From positions 1 to 57,852 of the IMG/VR virus record IMGVR_UViG_3300037470_000433: DNA of 57,852 bases, one strand, 5' to 3'. The DNA is from a virus (lineage: Duplodnaviria > Caudoviricetes). This document shows, piece by piece, positions 9,999-19,979 of this stretch (its first letter is position 1; every line of letters begins with the position of its first letter). The notes under the pieces are model-generated. The model made no database searches and was not told the DNA's origin. It saw nothing but the letters and a program-made list of their open reading frames with translations. The position numbers were made by a program, and so were the translations under genes.

Positions 9999-10672
9999 AA
10001 AAGACCAAGGCCAAAAGCCCCAAAACCACCAAAAGCTCCAAACCTCAACCTACGCTGGTTGTGTTCCTGTTGGACCGTAGCGGTTCAATGGCGTCCGTCC
10101 TGGATGAAACCATAGGCGGCTTCAACGGCTACCTGGAGAAGTTGCAGAAGGACGACGACTGCACGATGCGATTTACCATGTCGCAGTTCGACTCCGTTGG
10201 CCACGACCTCATGTGCAAGGCGGTGCCGATGAAAGAGGTGAACAAGCTGACCAGGGTGTCCTACGTTCCCCGGGGCGGAACACCGCTCTACGATGCGATG
10301 GGTCGCGGCATTGCCGCCACCGAGGGAGCATCCGATAAATACAAGGTGCTGTTCGTCACGCTGACCGATGGACAGGAGAACGCCTCAAGCGAGTTCACGC
10401 TGGACGCGCTGCGCGCCCGGATCAAGCAGAAGGAGGATCAGGACAACTGGACCTTCGCCTACATCGGCATGGGCATTGAAGGATTTCATGCCGCGCAGCA
10501 CCTGTCGCAAGGGACCAACTCGGCGAGCAACGTGTTGCACACGAACAAGGCCAACGCCCATGTGGCCTACGCCGCTTTCGCTGGCAAGACCAGGGACTTC
10601 TCCAAGAGCCGGCGAGCTGGCGGGGCTGGTGGAGTGAGCGTAAGCTGCATGTGGGATTCTGAAATCAAATGA
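9995..10672 (+). CDS. von Willebrand A domain protein
   Basis: MIDAS motif LLDRSGSM, GGTPLYDAM, TLTDGQENAS. Confidence 0.9.
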   Translation: MKKTKAKSPKTTKSSKPQPTLVVFLLDRSGSMASVLDETIGGFNGYLEKLQKDDDCTMRFTMSQFDSVGHDLMCKAVPMKEVNKLTRVSYVPRGGTPLYDAMGRGIAATEGASDKYKVLFVTLTDGQENASSEFTLDALRARIKQKEDQDNWTFAYIGMGIEGFHAAQHLSQGTNSASNVLHTNKANAHVAYAAFAGKTRDFSKSRRAGGAGGVSVSCMWDSEIK

Positions 10673-10974
10673 TCTCCCCACTCTCAAACCGGCTCGTCGT
10701 CGAGCGCGTCAAGGTCGAGAAGATCGGCCACATCTTCCTGACCAATCGCATGCAGGACGACAACAACATCGGCGGACCCAAAGAGGTTCGCATTCTGGCG
10801 GTCGGACCTGGGCGACTCACCCGCAAGGGTGTGCGCGTGCCCATCGAGTGCGAGCCGGGCGACCGCGCCATCATTTTCAGCCACACCGCCGGCCCGGAGC
10901 CGATTGGTGACGGGAAGTTCATCATCACTGATGATCAAATCCTGGCTGTCATCCCAAACAAACCAAACACATGA
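10669..10974 (+). CDS. groES: GroES-like co-chaperonin
   Basis: 'ISPLSNRLVV', 'ILAVGPGR', 'PGDRAIIF', 'DQILAVI'. Confidence 0.85.
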   Translation: MISPLSNRLVVERVKVEKIGHIFLTNRMQDDNNIGGPKEVRILAVGPGRLTRKGVRVPIECEPGDRAIIFSHTAGPEPIGDGKFIITDDQILAVIPNKPNT

Positions 10975-11288
10975 AAGTTCTAACTGAAGGCCATCGCTAC
11001 GAGCTGGAAAACTTCGAGGCGAAAGACCAGCCGGGGCAGGTGCTCCAATTCATCGAGAAGAAACCCGACCTGGAAAAAGGCAACGGGGTTCTGTTCACCG
11101 TCACCGACGGCACCACCAACGAGGAGGTCCTCGCCATGCTGGTTGACCGGCTCAACTCACTCCAGGCCAAGTTCCCCTGCCGCGAGAACGCCATCGCCAT
11201 CACCCACATCGAAACCGCGCTGCTATGGCTTGAGAAGCGCACCGCCGACCGCAAAGCGCGAGGCGTTGAAGGTAAACAGCTCAAGTAA
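10971..11288 (+). CDS. Tad1/Acb2-like nucleotide-signal sponge (putative anti-defence)
   Basis: 'GTTNEEVLAMLVDRL…FPCRENAIAITHIETALLWLEKRTADRKARGVEG' matches the Tad1-family C-terminal signature. Confidence 0.7.
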   Translation: MKVLTEGHRYELENFEAKDQPGQVLQFIEKKPDLEKGNGVLFTVTDGTTNEEVLAMLVDRLNSLQAKFPCRENAIAITHIETALLWLEKRTADRKARGVEGKQLK

Positions 11289-11370
11289 CCCAATATCCCA
11301 TCCGCCCCGATCTCCTCTCGCACACGCTCCGGTCCTGGGAAGCCAGGATGACGGATGGGAAACTTAAAAC

Positions 11371-11604
11371 ATGAAAACTGTCAACTGCGGTGGATTCGCA
11401 TTTCCTTGCCCGGGGCAACAGGGTGTGAACCCAGAATCAATGGGCATGTCCTTGCGCGACTGGTTCGCCGGCATGGCGCTGCAAGGCATGCTGTCAGCTA
11501 ACGCGCCAGCGCCTCCTCACATGACTGAGGACAACGTAGATCAGTTGATGGCCAAGGCAGCATACGAGGCTGCTGACGGCATGATCAAGGAGAGGAGCAA
11601 ATGA
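11371..11604 (+). CDS. Conserved small phage protein (GMxLRDxFA family)
   Basis: 'AFP…GMSLRDWFAGMALQG…AYEAADGMI'. Confidence 0.75.
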   Translation: MKTVNCGGFAFPCPGQQGVNPESMGMSLRDWFAGMALQGMLSANAPAPPHMTEDNVDQLMAKAAYEAADGMIKERSK

Positions 11605-11900
11605 TCTCACCACATGAGGAACAATTCAGCCCTCCCGAGCACCCACTTCAAGACGGCTTACACACATTCAAATCCGGCAAGAAGCGCCCTCAGCTCTATG
11701 TGACCGGAGGGGTTATGTGGATGCCTGTCGAAATGCTACACCCAATCATGGTGTTTACATCCGGAAAGCCGCTGATGATCGTCAACGATAAGCACGGGGT
11801 AGATCACGCGTTTATGCGAGCATCAGACATGATTGAGCTGCTACCAAAACGAAAGTCAACCATCGCGGCCATCGCCACCAAACACGGTATCAGCCTATGA
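11601..11900 (+). CDS. Hypothetical protein
   Basis: Start and stop overlap both neighbours. Confidence 0.55.
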   Translation: MISPHEEQFSPPEHPLQDGLHTFKSGKKRPQLYVTGGVMWMPVEMLHPIMVFTSGKPLMIVNDKHGVDHAFMRASDMIELLPKRKSTIAAIATKHGISL

Positions 11901-12298
11901 AACCATCCACCGAATTCGATCAGTATCGCCGCAGTCCGAACAAGCAGTTTACCACCACGCCCGAGGACGGCGCCAACGGGTTCTTCGTCATTCCCATGAG
12001 CAAATCCATCGCCGGGGTCGAGCGCATCGCGCTGTGCATCATCAGCGACGGGAATGAGGACATCCCCTGGGAGCATGTCAGTGCCCGGATTTCCGAGGGG
12101 CGTGGCAATGGCTGGAAGGAGGCCACCCCCGCCTGGGACGAGATGTGCGCCATCAAGGACATCTTTTGGGGGAAGGATGAGGTTGTCATGCAGCTTCACC
12201 CAGCCGAGGATGACTATGTGAACCTTCACCCCCACGTCCTGCATCTGTGGAAGCCGACGCGCTCCATCATCCCGCTACCACCGCTGATATGCGTATGA
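11897..12298 (+). CDS. Conserved phage hypothetical protein
   Basis: 'WEHVS…PAWDEMCAIKDIFW…QLHP…YVNLHPHVLHLW', a widespread phage motif. Confidence 0.75.
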   Translation: MKPSTEFDQYRRSPNKQFTTTPEDGANGFFVIPMSKSIAGVERIALCIISDGNEDIPWEHVSARISEGRGNGWKEATPAWDEMCAIKDIFWGKDEVVMQLHPAEDDYVNLHPHVLHLWKPTRSIIPLPPLICV

Positions 12299-12921
12299 CC
12301 AGGTCCGCGATCATCTTTACCGCACTGCTGGCCGGATGTGTCACCCAGCCCATCGTGACTCCGGAAAAGGTGTCCGTTCCGTCCGGGCTGCCGCCGCTCC
12401 CAATGACGGCAGCCGCCATGCAGACCCGAACGCTGTCAGTCATGAGGAGCTACGACGCTGCCGTCATCGCCAACACGCCCTACTCGGGGCGGGCATCGGT
12501 GGCGCTGGCCTGGGACGCGAGCCCCGACTCTGCGGTGGCCGGGTATCGGCTTTACTACGGCACCGAGTCGGGCAGCTATTCCAACTCGGTCATGGTCGGA
12601 GTTGCCACCCAGGCCACGATTACCGGACTGCTTGAGGGCGTCACCTACTACTTCGCCTGTGTGGCCTATGACGACGCTGGCGCGGAGAGCGACTTCTCCA
12701 ATGAGGTTTCCACCACCACCGGTTTCTACGTTTCCATCCGGACTGCCAACTGGTCCGTTGAAACGTATGGTCAGGCCGGGGCGACCAACCAGTTGCTCCG
12801 GTCCACCAACCTGATTGACTGGGAGGTCGTCAAGGAATTCATCGGCGAGGCTGGTGTGCTCACCAGTGTGATCGAGCCGAACAATCTGAACGCGTGGTAT
12901 CGTGTGGTCGCGGTCCCGTGA
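12295..12921 (+). CDS. Lipoprotein with fibronectin type III domain
   Basis: Lipobox LLAGC; FN3 motif 'LAWDAS…VAGYRLYYG…ITGL…YYFACVAYD…ESDFSNEV'; C-terminal 'RSTNLIDW'. Confidence 0.8.
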   Translation: MTRSAIIFTALLAGCVTQPIVTPEKVSVPSGLPPLPMTAAAMQTRTLSVMRSYDAAVIANTPYSGRASVALAWDASPDSAVAGYRLYYGTESGSYSNSVMVGVATQATITGLLEGVTYYFACVAYDDAGAESDFSNEVSTTTGFYVSIRTANWSVETYGQAGATNQLLRSTNLIDWEVVKEFIGEAGVLTSVIEPNNLNAWYRVVAVP

Positions 12922-12963
12922 TTTCAGTTGTGGAATTGCCGGCAGCGAGTTAAAGATCAACTC

Positions 12964-13380
12964 ATGGCAAACGCCCTGTATTCACTTTTCAAAGAGGCTC
13001 TGCTTTCCCAGTCCCCATCGGTTGACTGGGACACCGACGACATCAAGGTCGCGCTAGTGCGCGGCTACACCTTCAGCCAGACTCATCAATTTCTTTCCGA
13101 CATCACTGGAGGTGGGGGCGGAACCATTGTGGCGACCAGCGCCAACCTGGCGGCGAAGTCAGTCACCAACGGGGTCGCGGACGCAGGGGATGTGACTTTT
13201 ACCGCGGTGGCTGCCGGAGCGGCGTGCGAGCACCTGATCTGTTACATGGACACCACCGTCGCTGCCACATCTCCCTTGATTTTCGCCATTGATACCGCCA
13301 CCGGAATGCCGGTTACTCCTACTGGAGCCGACATAACAGTTCAGTGGGATGGCGGCGCCAATAAAATCTTCTCCCTCTGA
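12964..13380 (+). CDS. Putative virion structural/decoration protein
   Basis: 'ALY…KEALL…DWDTDDIKVALV…G.DITVQW…IFSL', typical of minor tail proteins. Confidence 0.6.
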   Translation: MANALYSLFKEALLSQSPSVDWDTDDIKVALVRGYTFSQTHQFLSDITGGGGGTIVATSANLAAKSVTNGVADAGDVTFTAVAAGAACEHLICYMDTTVAATSPLIFAIDTATGMPVTPTGADITVQWDGGANKIFSL

Positions 13381-13382
13381 TT

Positions 13383-14510
13383 ATGTTCAACATCGCAATC
13401 AATCGGCCCACTCACGGCGCCCGGCTGGAACGCTGGCTGGGAAAGCAGCAGGTCGCCCAAATGTCGGGAGCCATGGCGAAGTGGTACGGCCCCCCGATTG
13501 CCGTGTCAGGAGTTCCTGGCAATGTCTGGGCGCTGCCAGGTGGAGACTTTGGAGGCATCATCAAGAGCGGGCAGTTTATCAACGCGGTGGACTTTGGCTG
13601 GATGAAGCTCAAAGCGCGGCTGCAACGCATGGGTCAGCGCAATCGCCAGCAATGCAATGCGGGGTTCGCGTCGTTGTCCGACTTGATCGCCGAGGCCACG
13701 AGCGGCAAACGCCGGGAGGTGGTATGGAACAAAACCGGCGTCACCGCTGCGGCAAATGGCTCCTGTTCCATCTGGGGGCTGAGCGGAACGCCCGAGGCCG
13801 GGGCTGCCGCTTCCGCCGCCCCGGGAGGCCGGGCGCCCGACAGCACCACCGTTGGGGCGATGCTGGGTCTGGACAACGTCTCCCCGGATACCCGGCATTT
13901 TGTTTTTGGAATTGAGCAGAGCAGCACCCTGGGGACTTCGCTTTTATACGACCGTATTTTTGATGTGGCCAAGACCATGAACTCGACGGCGACCGAGGCG
14001 GTGACCGGAGTGCCAACGCGCTACCAAAGCAATACGGCCACCGACCCCGACTTCGCAGGAGGGAATTTCTGCACGGTTGAAACCGCGACCGTTCTGGCCA
14101 ATACCGCCCATAACTGGGACTCGTGTCTTTACCGAAACCAGGCGGGAACCGACAACCAGACCATGCCGGCCACCGCCGGGATTGCATCAAGCGCGGCCAA
14201 CCGAATTGACCTGGTCCTAGGAGCCTGGCATATGCCGCTTCAATCCGGGGATTACGGGGTGGCTGATCTGGCCCAGATTCAATGCAGCGCCAATGTTGCC
14301 ACCGGCGCCATAAATTTCGTCATCGGCCATCCGCTGGCCTGGATGCCCTGCCCCGTCGCGGGCGTCGGTTGCAGCGTGGATGGCATCAACACCGCCTTCA
14401 ATCTGGTTCGTATCTTTGACGGGGCCTGCCTTTCCATTTTGGATGTGCTGCGCCCCGCCGTCACCTCAAACACGGTCATCAACGGCTCAGCCACGCTGGT
14501 CCATGGCTAA
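13383..14510 (+). CDS. Putative structural protein
   Basis: 375 aa, rich in Gly/Ala/Thr beta-type sequence; in an operon with its neighbours. Confidence 0.5.
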   Translation: MFNIAINRPTHGARLERWLGKQQVAQMSGAMAKWYGPPIAVSGVPGNVWALPGGDFGGIIKSGQFINAVDFGWMKLKARLQRMGQRNRQQCNAGFASLSDLIAEATSGKRREVVWNKTGVTAAANGSCSIWGLSGTPEAGAAASAAPGGRAPDSTTVGAMLGLDNVSPDTRHFVFGIEQSSTLGTSLLYDRIFDVAKTMNSTATEAVTGVPTRYQSNTATDPDFAGGNFCTVETATVLANTAHNWDSCLYRNQAGTDNQTMPATAGIASSAANRIDLVLGAWHMPLQSGDYGVADLAQIQCSANVATGAINFVIGHPLAWMPCPVAGVGCSVDGINTAFNLVRIFDGACLSILDVLRPAVTSNTVINGSATLVHG

Positions 14511-15078
14511 CACCTATCTCAACGGCAGATGGCAGTCGGTCGGCAAACTCCAGTGGGCGCCGACGTTGACGGCCCATGATCCCGACCCGCCGATCACCCT
14601 GGAGGGGGCTGGCGAGACGGTGATCGCTCCTACCTCCATTGCCAGCACGGAAGCATTCGGAAACGCGACTGTCACGACCACTTTAACCATCAGTCCGAGC
14701 GGGATTCCGAGCACGGCGGTCTTTGGGTCGGCCACCGTGCTGACCAGCCAGACGATCACCTGCACCGGGATCGCCAGCACAGCAGCTTTTGGCACGGCAG
14801 ACATCTCCCAAGGCGGGCTCATCGCGCCGACCGGCATTCCGTCCGGGGTTTCATTCGGAACGGCTACCGTGAGCACCACCCCAGCACCCGTTCCTGTCGT
14901 GGATACTACGGATTGCGCCATTTATGGGCTGCGTCCGACCGGGTCCCGAGGGGCGAATGGATCAATTTTTTTACGAGGGGTTTCCGGACGCTCGTCTGGA
15001 CTCGTAAGTATCGGCCAATCTGGCAGTTCTGGAGGACAAAAACGGGTCGGAACTGCGGGTGGAGCGAGCTGTCCGTAA
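14503..15078 (+). CDS. Repeat-containing putative fibre/decoration protein (start revised to MANTYLNG)
   Basis: Four copies of I-x-P-x-G-I-x-S-x-x-x-F-G-x-A-T-V. Confidence 0.55.
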   Translation: MANTYLNGRWQSVGKLQWAPTLTAHDPDPPITLEGAGETVIAPTSIASTEAFGNATVTTTLTISPSGIPSTAVFGSATVLTSQTITCTGIASTAAFGTADISQGGLIAPTGIPSGVSFGTATVSTTPAPVPVVDTTDCAIYGLRPTGSRGANGSIFLRGVSGRSSGLVSIGQSGSSGGQKRVGTAGGASCP

Positions 15079-15220
15079 AAATAACCTTTGACGCCACTGT
15101 GGTGGTGTGAGATAAGACAACCGTGCGCTGCAACCGTAACATTTTGCCCGACTCACGCCCCCCGGCAAAGGGGGCAAAAAAAGCCTTGCAGCGCATTTTT
15201 GAGTCGGGCGATTCATTTAA

Positions 15221-15302
15221 GGCCCCGGATGGTGGTTCAAATCCATCTCCCCCCGCTACTCTGACAGTTTGGGGGGATCGTCCAACGCAAAGGATCGGGG
15301 CC
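15221..15302 (+). ncRNA. Candidate cloverleaf-like small RNA
   Basis: GGCCCCG/CGGGGCC closing stem, GGTGG-TTCAAAT-CCATC T-arm, TCCCCCC/GGGGGGA arm and a third small hairpin. Confidence 0.35.
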
Positions 15303-15604
15303 ACTTTTCCAGCTCGGAATTCCGAGGTAGCCCAAACCAGCAATCGTGAAAAACCATCGCCGCCACAAAAAAGCAAAGCTGCCAGGGTTCTGGCCGGGCA
15401 TGTATGAGGGCAAGACAGCGATTGAGGCTCGGTCCGCAGTCGGGACGAATGTGGCGCCTCACCCCTCTGGCAACAGCTCGCTCGGGATGACCAGCTACCT
15501 GCGCGGCGACAGCAGGGGTCGCGGCTGCATGGGTTGAATTTTAGGTGTAAAGACATAGCCGCCCATTGCGGCAACATGGTCACGTTCAGTGCATAACTGC
15601 GTTT

Positions 15605-15802
15605 GGGTCGGTGAAGTCCCCGGCCCTTTGAAAGCTCAGGCGTTAACCTGAGTCAGGTCGGGCGAAAAACAAAGCCGACCGGGAAAACACGAAATACCGC
15701 CGGTCTTGTGGGGGCTAATTACTCCCAGCGAGACGGCGGCGAGCGATCCAGAAAGCTGGGTCACACCGAGAAACAGCAAGACCCCTCGGTCATCGCCGTC
15801 GT
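15605..15802. ncRNA. Candidate multi-stem structured RNA in the long intergenic region
   Basis: Nested inverted repeats GGTCGG/CCGACC, CTCAGG/CCTGAG, GATCCAG/CTGGGTC, CCGAG/CTCGG, GGCGGCGA/TCGCCGTC with A-rich linkers; no ORF. Confidence 0.35.
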
Positions 15803-16241
15803 CGAGAAAATACGCCTCTAACTAGCGTGCCATGCGTCCCTTCCGTAACCACTCGGATGGGCGGTTTTTACCCTGATCTCAGTCTGATTGTTGTCCGCGG
15901 TCTGGAAGGATGCTTCCCCTTCCCCCACCTCCCACCCCTACCCATTGCACCTGGCGGCAGAGCGCCTTCACTCAGTCTAAGTCACCCACCTGGCACAGAC
16001 CTCAGTCACCTTCCGGGGATTTTTTTAGAATTTTTGTGGATGACGACTTTTCTGGCACTTCGGAGTTCCGAACCACCCATTAGGCCCATCTTCCTATACT
16101 TAGAATTCATGCTCGGCAGGTGGGCGACTTCCAGAATACACACTCGGTAGGTGGGCTCTCAGATTGCAGACGCCGGCTTCGACTCGCGCCCCTCGGGGGC
16201 TGGGGTGCGGGGACGGGTCTTAGTTCAAGAGATTCCTTTCG

Positions 16242-16478
16242 CTACTCAGCGAAGTTGGTGGGCGGCTGGGCGGCGCGGGCCTTAGCCTTGGTCTGCGGTA
16301 ACTTAGTCGTGTCCACTGGCTTAGGCGCGGGCTTCATCCTCAGACGCAGCTTCAACATCTCCAACGCGACGAAACTCTTGGTCAGGGCTGCTAAGTCCTT
16401 ATCCTCCGCATTCGGCGCCGCTTCGGTGATAAGTCTTTGGAGTGCAACGGCTGAATGGTATGGCTGACTGTATCTCAT
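16242..16478 (-). CDS. Hypothetical protein (start revised to MRYSQPY)
   Basis: 78-aa helical, basic ORF divergent from the early genes. Confidence 0.45.
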   Translation of the reverse strand: MRYSQPYHSAVALQRLITEAAPNAEDKDLAALTKSFVALEMLKLRLRMKPAPKPVDTTKLPQTKAKARAAQPPTNFAE

Positions 16479-17135
16479 GGGGTATCCTAGGGGATGTGGG
16501 CGGGGGCGCGCAAGTGGGTGAGTGGCGGCGGGGCTGGGTTTCGGTACATTTCCAAGCTCTGGCATCACAGTCTGCTAAGGGTGTAGGGGTAGCATGGTGC
16601 TATCCCTCACAACACAGAAAGACCTATTATGATGCTGTTACAATACAACATGTTCTCCCTGCCTGAAGTGGTGGGGGGAGTGGACGCAACCAAGGATGAG
16701 CAAGGCAACGTCGGAGCCTTCGATATGGACTCGTGGCACAAATCAATCGGGGGACAGTGGGAACAGGTTCAAGCGGCGATCAAGGCGGCCAAGGAGCAGG
16801 CGGCCAAGGCGGGGTCATGCAAGTAAACGATGCCCGGTTGGCGCTTGAGTCGGCACTGCGCGAATACGAGCGCTGTCACGCCATCTGGATGGAAACCGTG
16901 GTCGGAAGCGAGGCGATGCCGCGCGCCAAGGCTGACAAGGATGAGGCGCGGGAGCGTTACCTTGCCGCGTATCAGGCCATGAATCCTACCCATATTGTAA
17001 TCGGAGGATGATTGCTCATTGTCCCTTGCTTCTCACTAAATGCACCACTACGACGCCAAGCGCCAGCGTGCCAGTATCCGTAAGTCTGGAAAGCCACAAA
17101 CTGAGGCGAAGCATGAACGGAACAAAGGACAAAAC

Positions 17136-17750
17136 ATGAGCACAGAAAACACAAACCAAACAGGCACGGTCAGCACCATTCTGGACGAAACCGTGCAACG
17201 CAACGTGGCCTTGAGCCGCTTCGATTCCACCTTCATGCTGGAATCCGAGACTATCGGCAAGTCCATCCGTAAGACGGTCAGCAAGACCGGTGCGGTGCGC
17301 GTGGACGCCATGAGCAAGAAGGAGCTGGAAGCGCTCACCGGACTCAAGGGCGGTGACCTGCTGGTTCACATGCGCAAGGTCACCGACGGGCTCAAGAGCG
17401 AAATGGCCGCCGGCTTCGCTCGCATGGCCGCGAATGCGGAATGGACGGGTCGCAGCATCACCCTGAACAAAAAGGGCGACACGCTCACCTTCAGCCTGAA
17501 GAAAGTCGGACGTCCGGTGGCCATCGAACAGAAGATGACGCTCACCGACGCAGCCAAGCTGATGGGAATTCCCCAAGGGCGCGAACAAGAGGCGGTCAAA
17601 GCGCTGGTGGACCTCGGGATCATTGATCAACCTGCCGAGAAGCAGGAGGAGCAACCCGAAGGCGAAGCGGCCCCAGACACAAGCAACGGCGAAGTGCGCA
17701 AGGGCGCGCCCGAAGATGGGCTGAACGAGGAAGAAAAGGCCGGCGAGTAA
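17136..17750 (+). CDS. Hypothetical early protein with acidic tail
   Basis: AAAGGAC leader before the ATG at 17136, biased codons, followed by a hairpin. Confidence 0.75.
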   Translation: MSTENTNQTGTVSTILDETVQRNVALSRFDSTFMLESETIGKSIRKTVSKTGAVRVDAMSKKELEALTGLKGGDLLVHMRKVTDGLKSEMAAGFARMAANAEWTGRSITLNKKGDTLTFSLKKVGRPVAIEQKMTLTDAAKLMGIPQGREQEAVKALVDLGIIDQPAEKQEEQPEGEAAPDTSNGEVRKGAPEDGLNEEEKAGE

Positions 17751-17764
17751 ACCCAAAGCGGTTG

Positions 17765-17800
17765 AATCGGGGGCAGCAAGGAGGTTGCCCCCGATTTCCG
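17765..17800 (+). terminator. GC-rich hairpin, probable terminator
   Basis: AATCGGGGGCAGC…GTTGCCCCCGATT right after the stop codon. Confidence 0.5.
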
Positions 17801-17816
17801 CATTTCCACACACTTT

Positions 17817-18056
17817 ATGAAATACATCTGGATAGTCTCTTACTACTACCAATCCCCAGGCGAGAAGCATTCGCTGGAAATGCTGTTCGCCTCACTGGAA
17901 CTGGTCAAACAGTCCATTGAGATGAGCTACTCGAAATGGACGGTCAAGCCGGTCGTTACCGTTGAGCGGGACGACTACATCGCCTTCAGCCCCGCCGACG
18001 GCAGCCTGATCGAAGCCTTCCGCAAACCGGTTAACGAACAGCCCGAACACCTGTGA
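17817..18056 (+). CDS. Hypothetical early protein
   Basis: 79-aa ORF in the co-directional small-gene array. Confidence 0.55.
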   Translation: MKYIWIVSYYYQSPGEKHSLEMLFASLELVKQSIEMSYSKWTVKPVVTVERDDYIAFSPADGSLIEAFRKPVNEQPEHL

Positions 18057-18130
18057 GCCTTAATCGTTCTTGATTCTCACATTCCCAGCTCGGATTTCCG
18101 AGCTTAAACGCACCAAAAAGAAGGACTGAC

Positions 18131-18346
18131 ATGATCACCATCACATTCAAAGTGGACACCAACGAGAACGGCGTCGTCGTTAACACGAACGCCACCGGTA
18201 TCGGCAATCAAGCAGAGGCAGAAATGACCCTGGCCATTGTGGAGGGCGTAAATCTGATTTACGACGTCATCATCAAAGATCGCGGTGGCACGCCCAGATC
18301 AACCATCAACCCGGACAGTCGGATCACTGAGTTAGGACAAGGATAA
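18131..18346 (+). CDS. Hypothetical early protein
   Basis: GAAGGAC leader before the ATG. Confidence 0.6.
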   Translation: MITITFKVDTNENGVVVNTNATGIGNQAEAEMTLAIVEGVNLIYDVIIKDRGGTPRSTINPDSRITELGQG

Positions 18347-18518
18347 CCATGCCAATCACAAAACGAAAAGGCGTCAAAGAGTTCGCCATCGGTTGGGAGA
18401 GGGTATTCATTTACGACCCGGAAACCGATCTGAGCTGGCGCAAAATTCACTTCCGGGTGGCGTTCTGGAGCTGGTTCACCCACTTCGGAATTCGCATCTC
18501 GCCAAAACGGAGGCTGCC

Positions 18519-18977
18519 ATGAGCGAAGCAAAACCCGACCCTGCCGCCATTTTTGGAGCGGCGGAGTCGCTTTATCGAGTCGGCGAGATACGCGCCGGCA
18601 CTCGCAATCGAGACTACAGCTACAGCCCATTGCTGCAAGACTCACTGGTAAACCTGTCCGAAGCCTACCATGGCGGCGACAACTTCATGCGCGAGTGCAT
18701 GCGGGTGGCCACCATGTTTGAACGCTGGGCGTGTGCTCATGTGGATTTCGAGAGGATGGACGAGGTGTGGACTTATTGGTTGCAGGAGGACTTTGGCGAT
18801 TCGGTGTACGACCTGCAAGGCAACGTGACATCACTGGCATCGTTCAAGATTCCGGACTGCCGCAAGGTGGCAGTGGCGATGGGGATGCCGCTGGTGCGGC
18901 GGGCGAGCGTGCCGCCATTGATGTCCGCACAAAGAGCCAGAACCCACACTCCGATGGAGGATGATCCACCATTCTAA
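18519..18977 (+). CDS. Hypothetical protein (start revised to MSEAKPD)
   Basis: GGAGG Shine-Dalgarno upstream; ends in DDPPF. Confidence 0.55.
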   Translation: MSEAKPDPAAIFGAAESLYRVGEIRAGTRNRDYSYSPLLQDSLVNLSEAYHGGDNFMRECMRVATMFERWACAHVDFERMDEVWTYWLQEDFGDSVYDLQGNVTSLASFKIPDCRKVAVAMGMPLVRRASVPPLMSAQRARTHTPMEDDPPF

Positions 18978-19534
18978 CGACATGAAAACACCAAAAGAAC
19001 TGAACGACATCGGCCAGAGAAGCGCTACACCACGTCAGCGTGGAAACTACAATCATGAAACCAATCATCGCATTCGACCGTAAATGGCCCGACACAGGGC
19101 GCGGTGGAGCGGAGGGGCGTTTGACCAAGATGGTGAATCATCACGCGCCCTGGGACGACCTGCTGCGCTGGTGCCCTGTTCGCAAGGCGTGGCTCTACAT
19201 CTCAACCACGCCGCATCAACCAACCGAGCAGGAGATCAACGACCTGGCCCGCATTATTGACCCATCTATTGACTGAATATCGAACTCACCTATCTCGGAA
19301 TTCCGAGCTGGGTGACTTCGGTTGTCATGTCGGCAATCGAGAACAAAAGGACAAAACCGTGAGCAAAACATTCAAACAACCGCCCACCTCCCACCCGTTG
19401 GTGCGCGAGGTAGTCATCAAACTGCGCGACTTCAGGCCGCGCTTCATCGCCAGCTTCCATCTGACGCACTTCTCCACCATGCCGGAGGCGAAGGGCACTG
19501 ATAAAGCGCTGCTGGTTTACCAGAAGGTGAAGCC

Positions 19535-19732
19535 GTGAAATACCAGGTTCAAGTGGTGTGGAATCGAGAGATCAACTGGGTCAATCAGGGAGAACCTGTC
19601 CCTGCTATTGACCACGCCATCAAATACGCCAGGCAGATGGAGAACATGGGAGACGGGGCGTGCGTTAAAAAGGTGCGCATTGTGGATTCAGAGGGCAACA
19701 CCGTCTGGATTTACGGAAAGGCAGTAGAATAA
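19535..19732 (+). CDS. Hypothetical early protein
   Basis: Coupled small ORF. Confidence 0.5.
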   Translation: MKYQVQVVWNREINWVNQGEPVPAIDHAIKYARQMENMGDGACVKKVRIVDSEGNTVWIYGKAVE

Positions 19733-19979
19733 TCACACTCAGGGCGGCTGCGGCTGGCCCTGACTGTGGCGCATCCATGTCGGGTGCGCTTAACAAAAGG
19801 ACAAACATGAACACAGTGACCTCGGCAGCTCCGGCTGCCAACAAAAACCAAATCATGGCCAACGTGCGCCGGTGGCGCCGAGAGCATGGCCTGGAATCCA
19901 AACCCACAAACCGCCGGTTTGTTAACCGCCCCACGTTCACCCATAAAGGTGATCGCGCGGCTATGAGCGGGGGTGGCAA

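Noticed and set aside
15170-15260. Canonical tRNA gene or attP
   Set aside because: A T-arm is present but there is no D-arm or anticodon arm in the proper order, and no integrase was found
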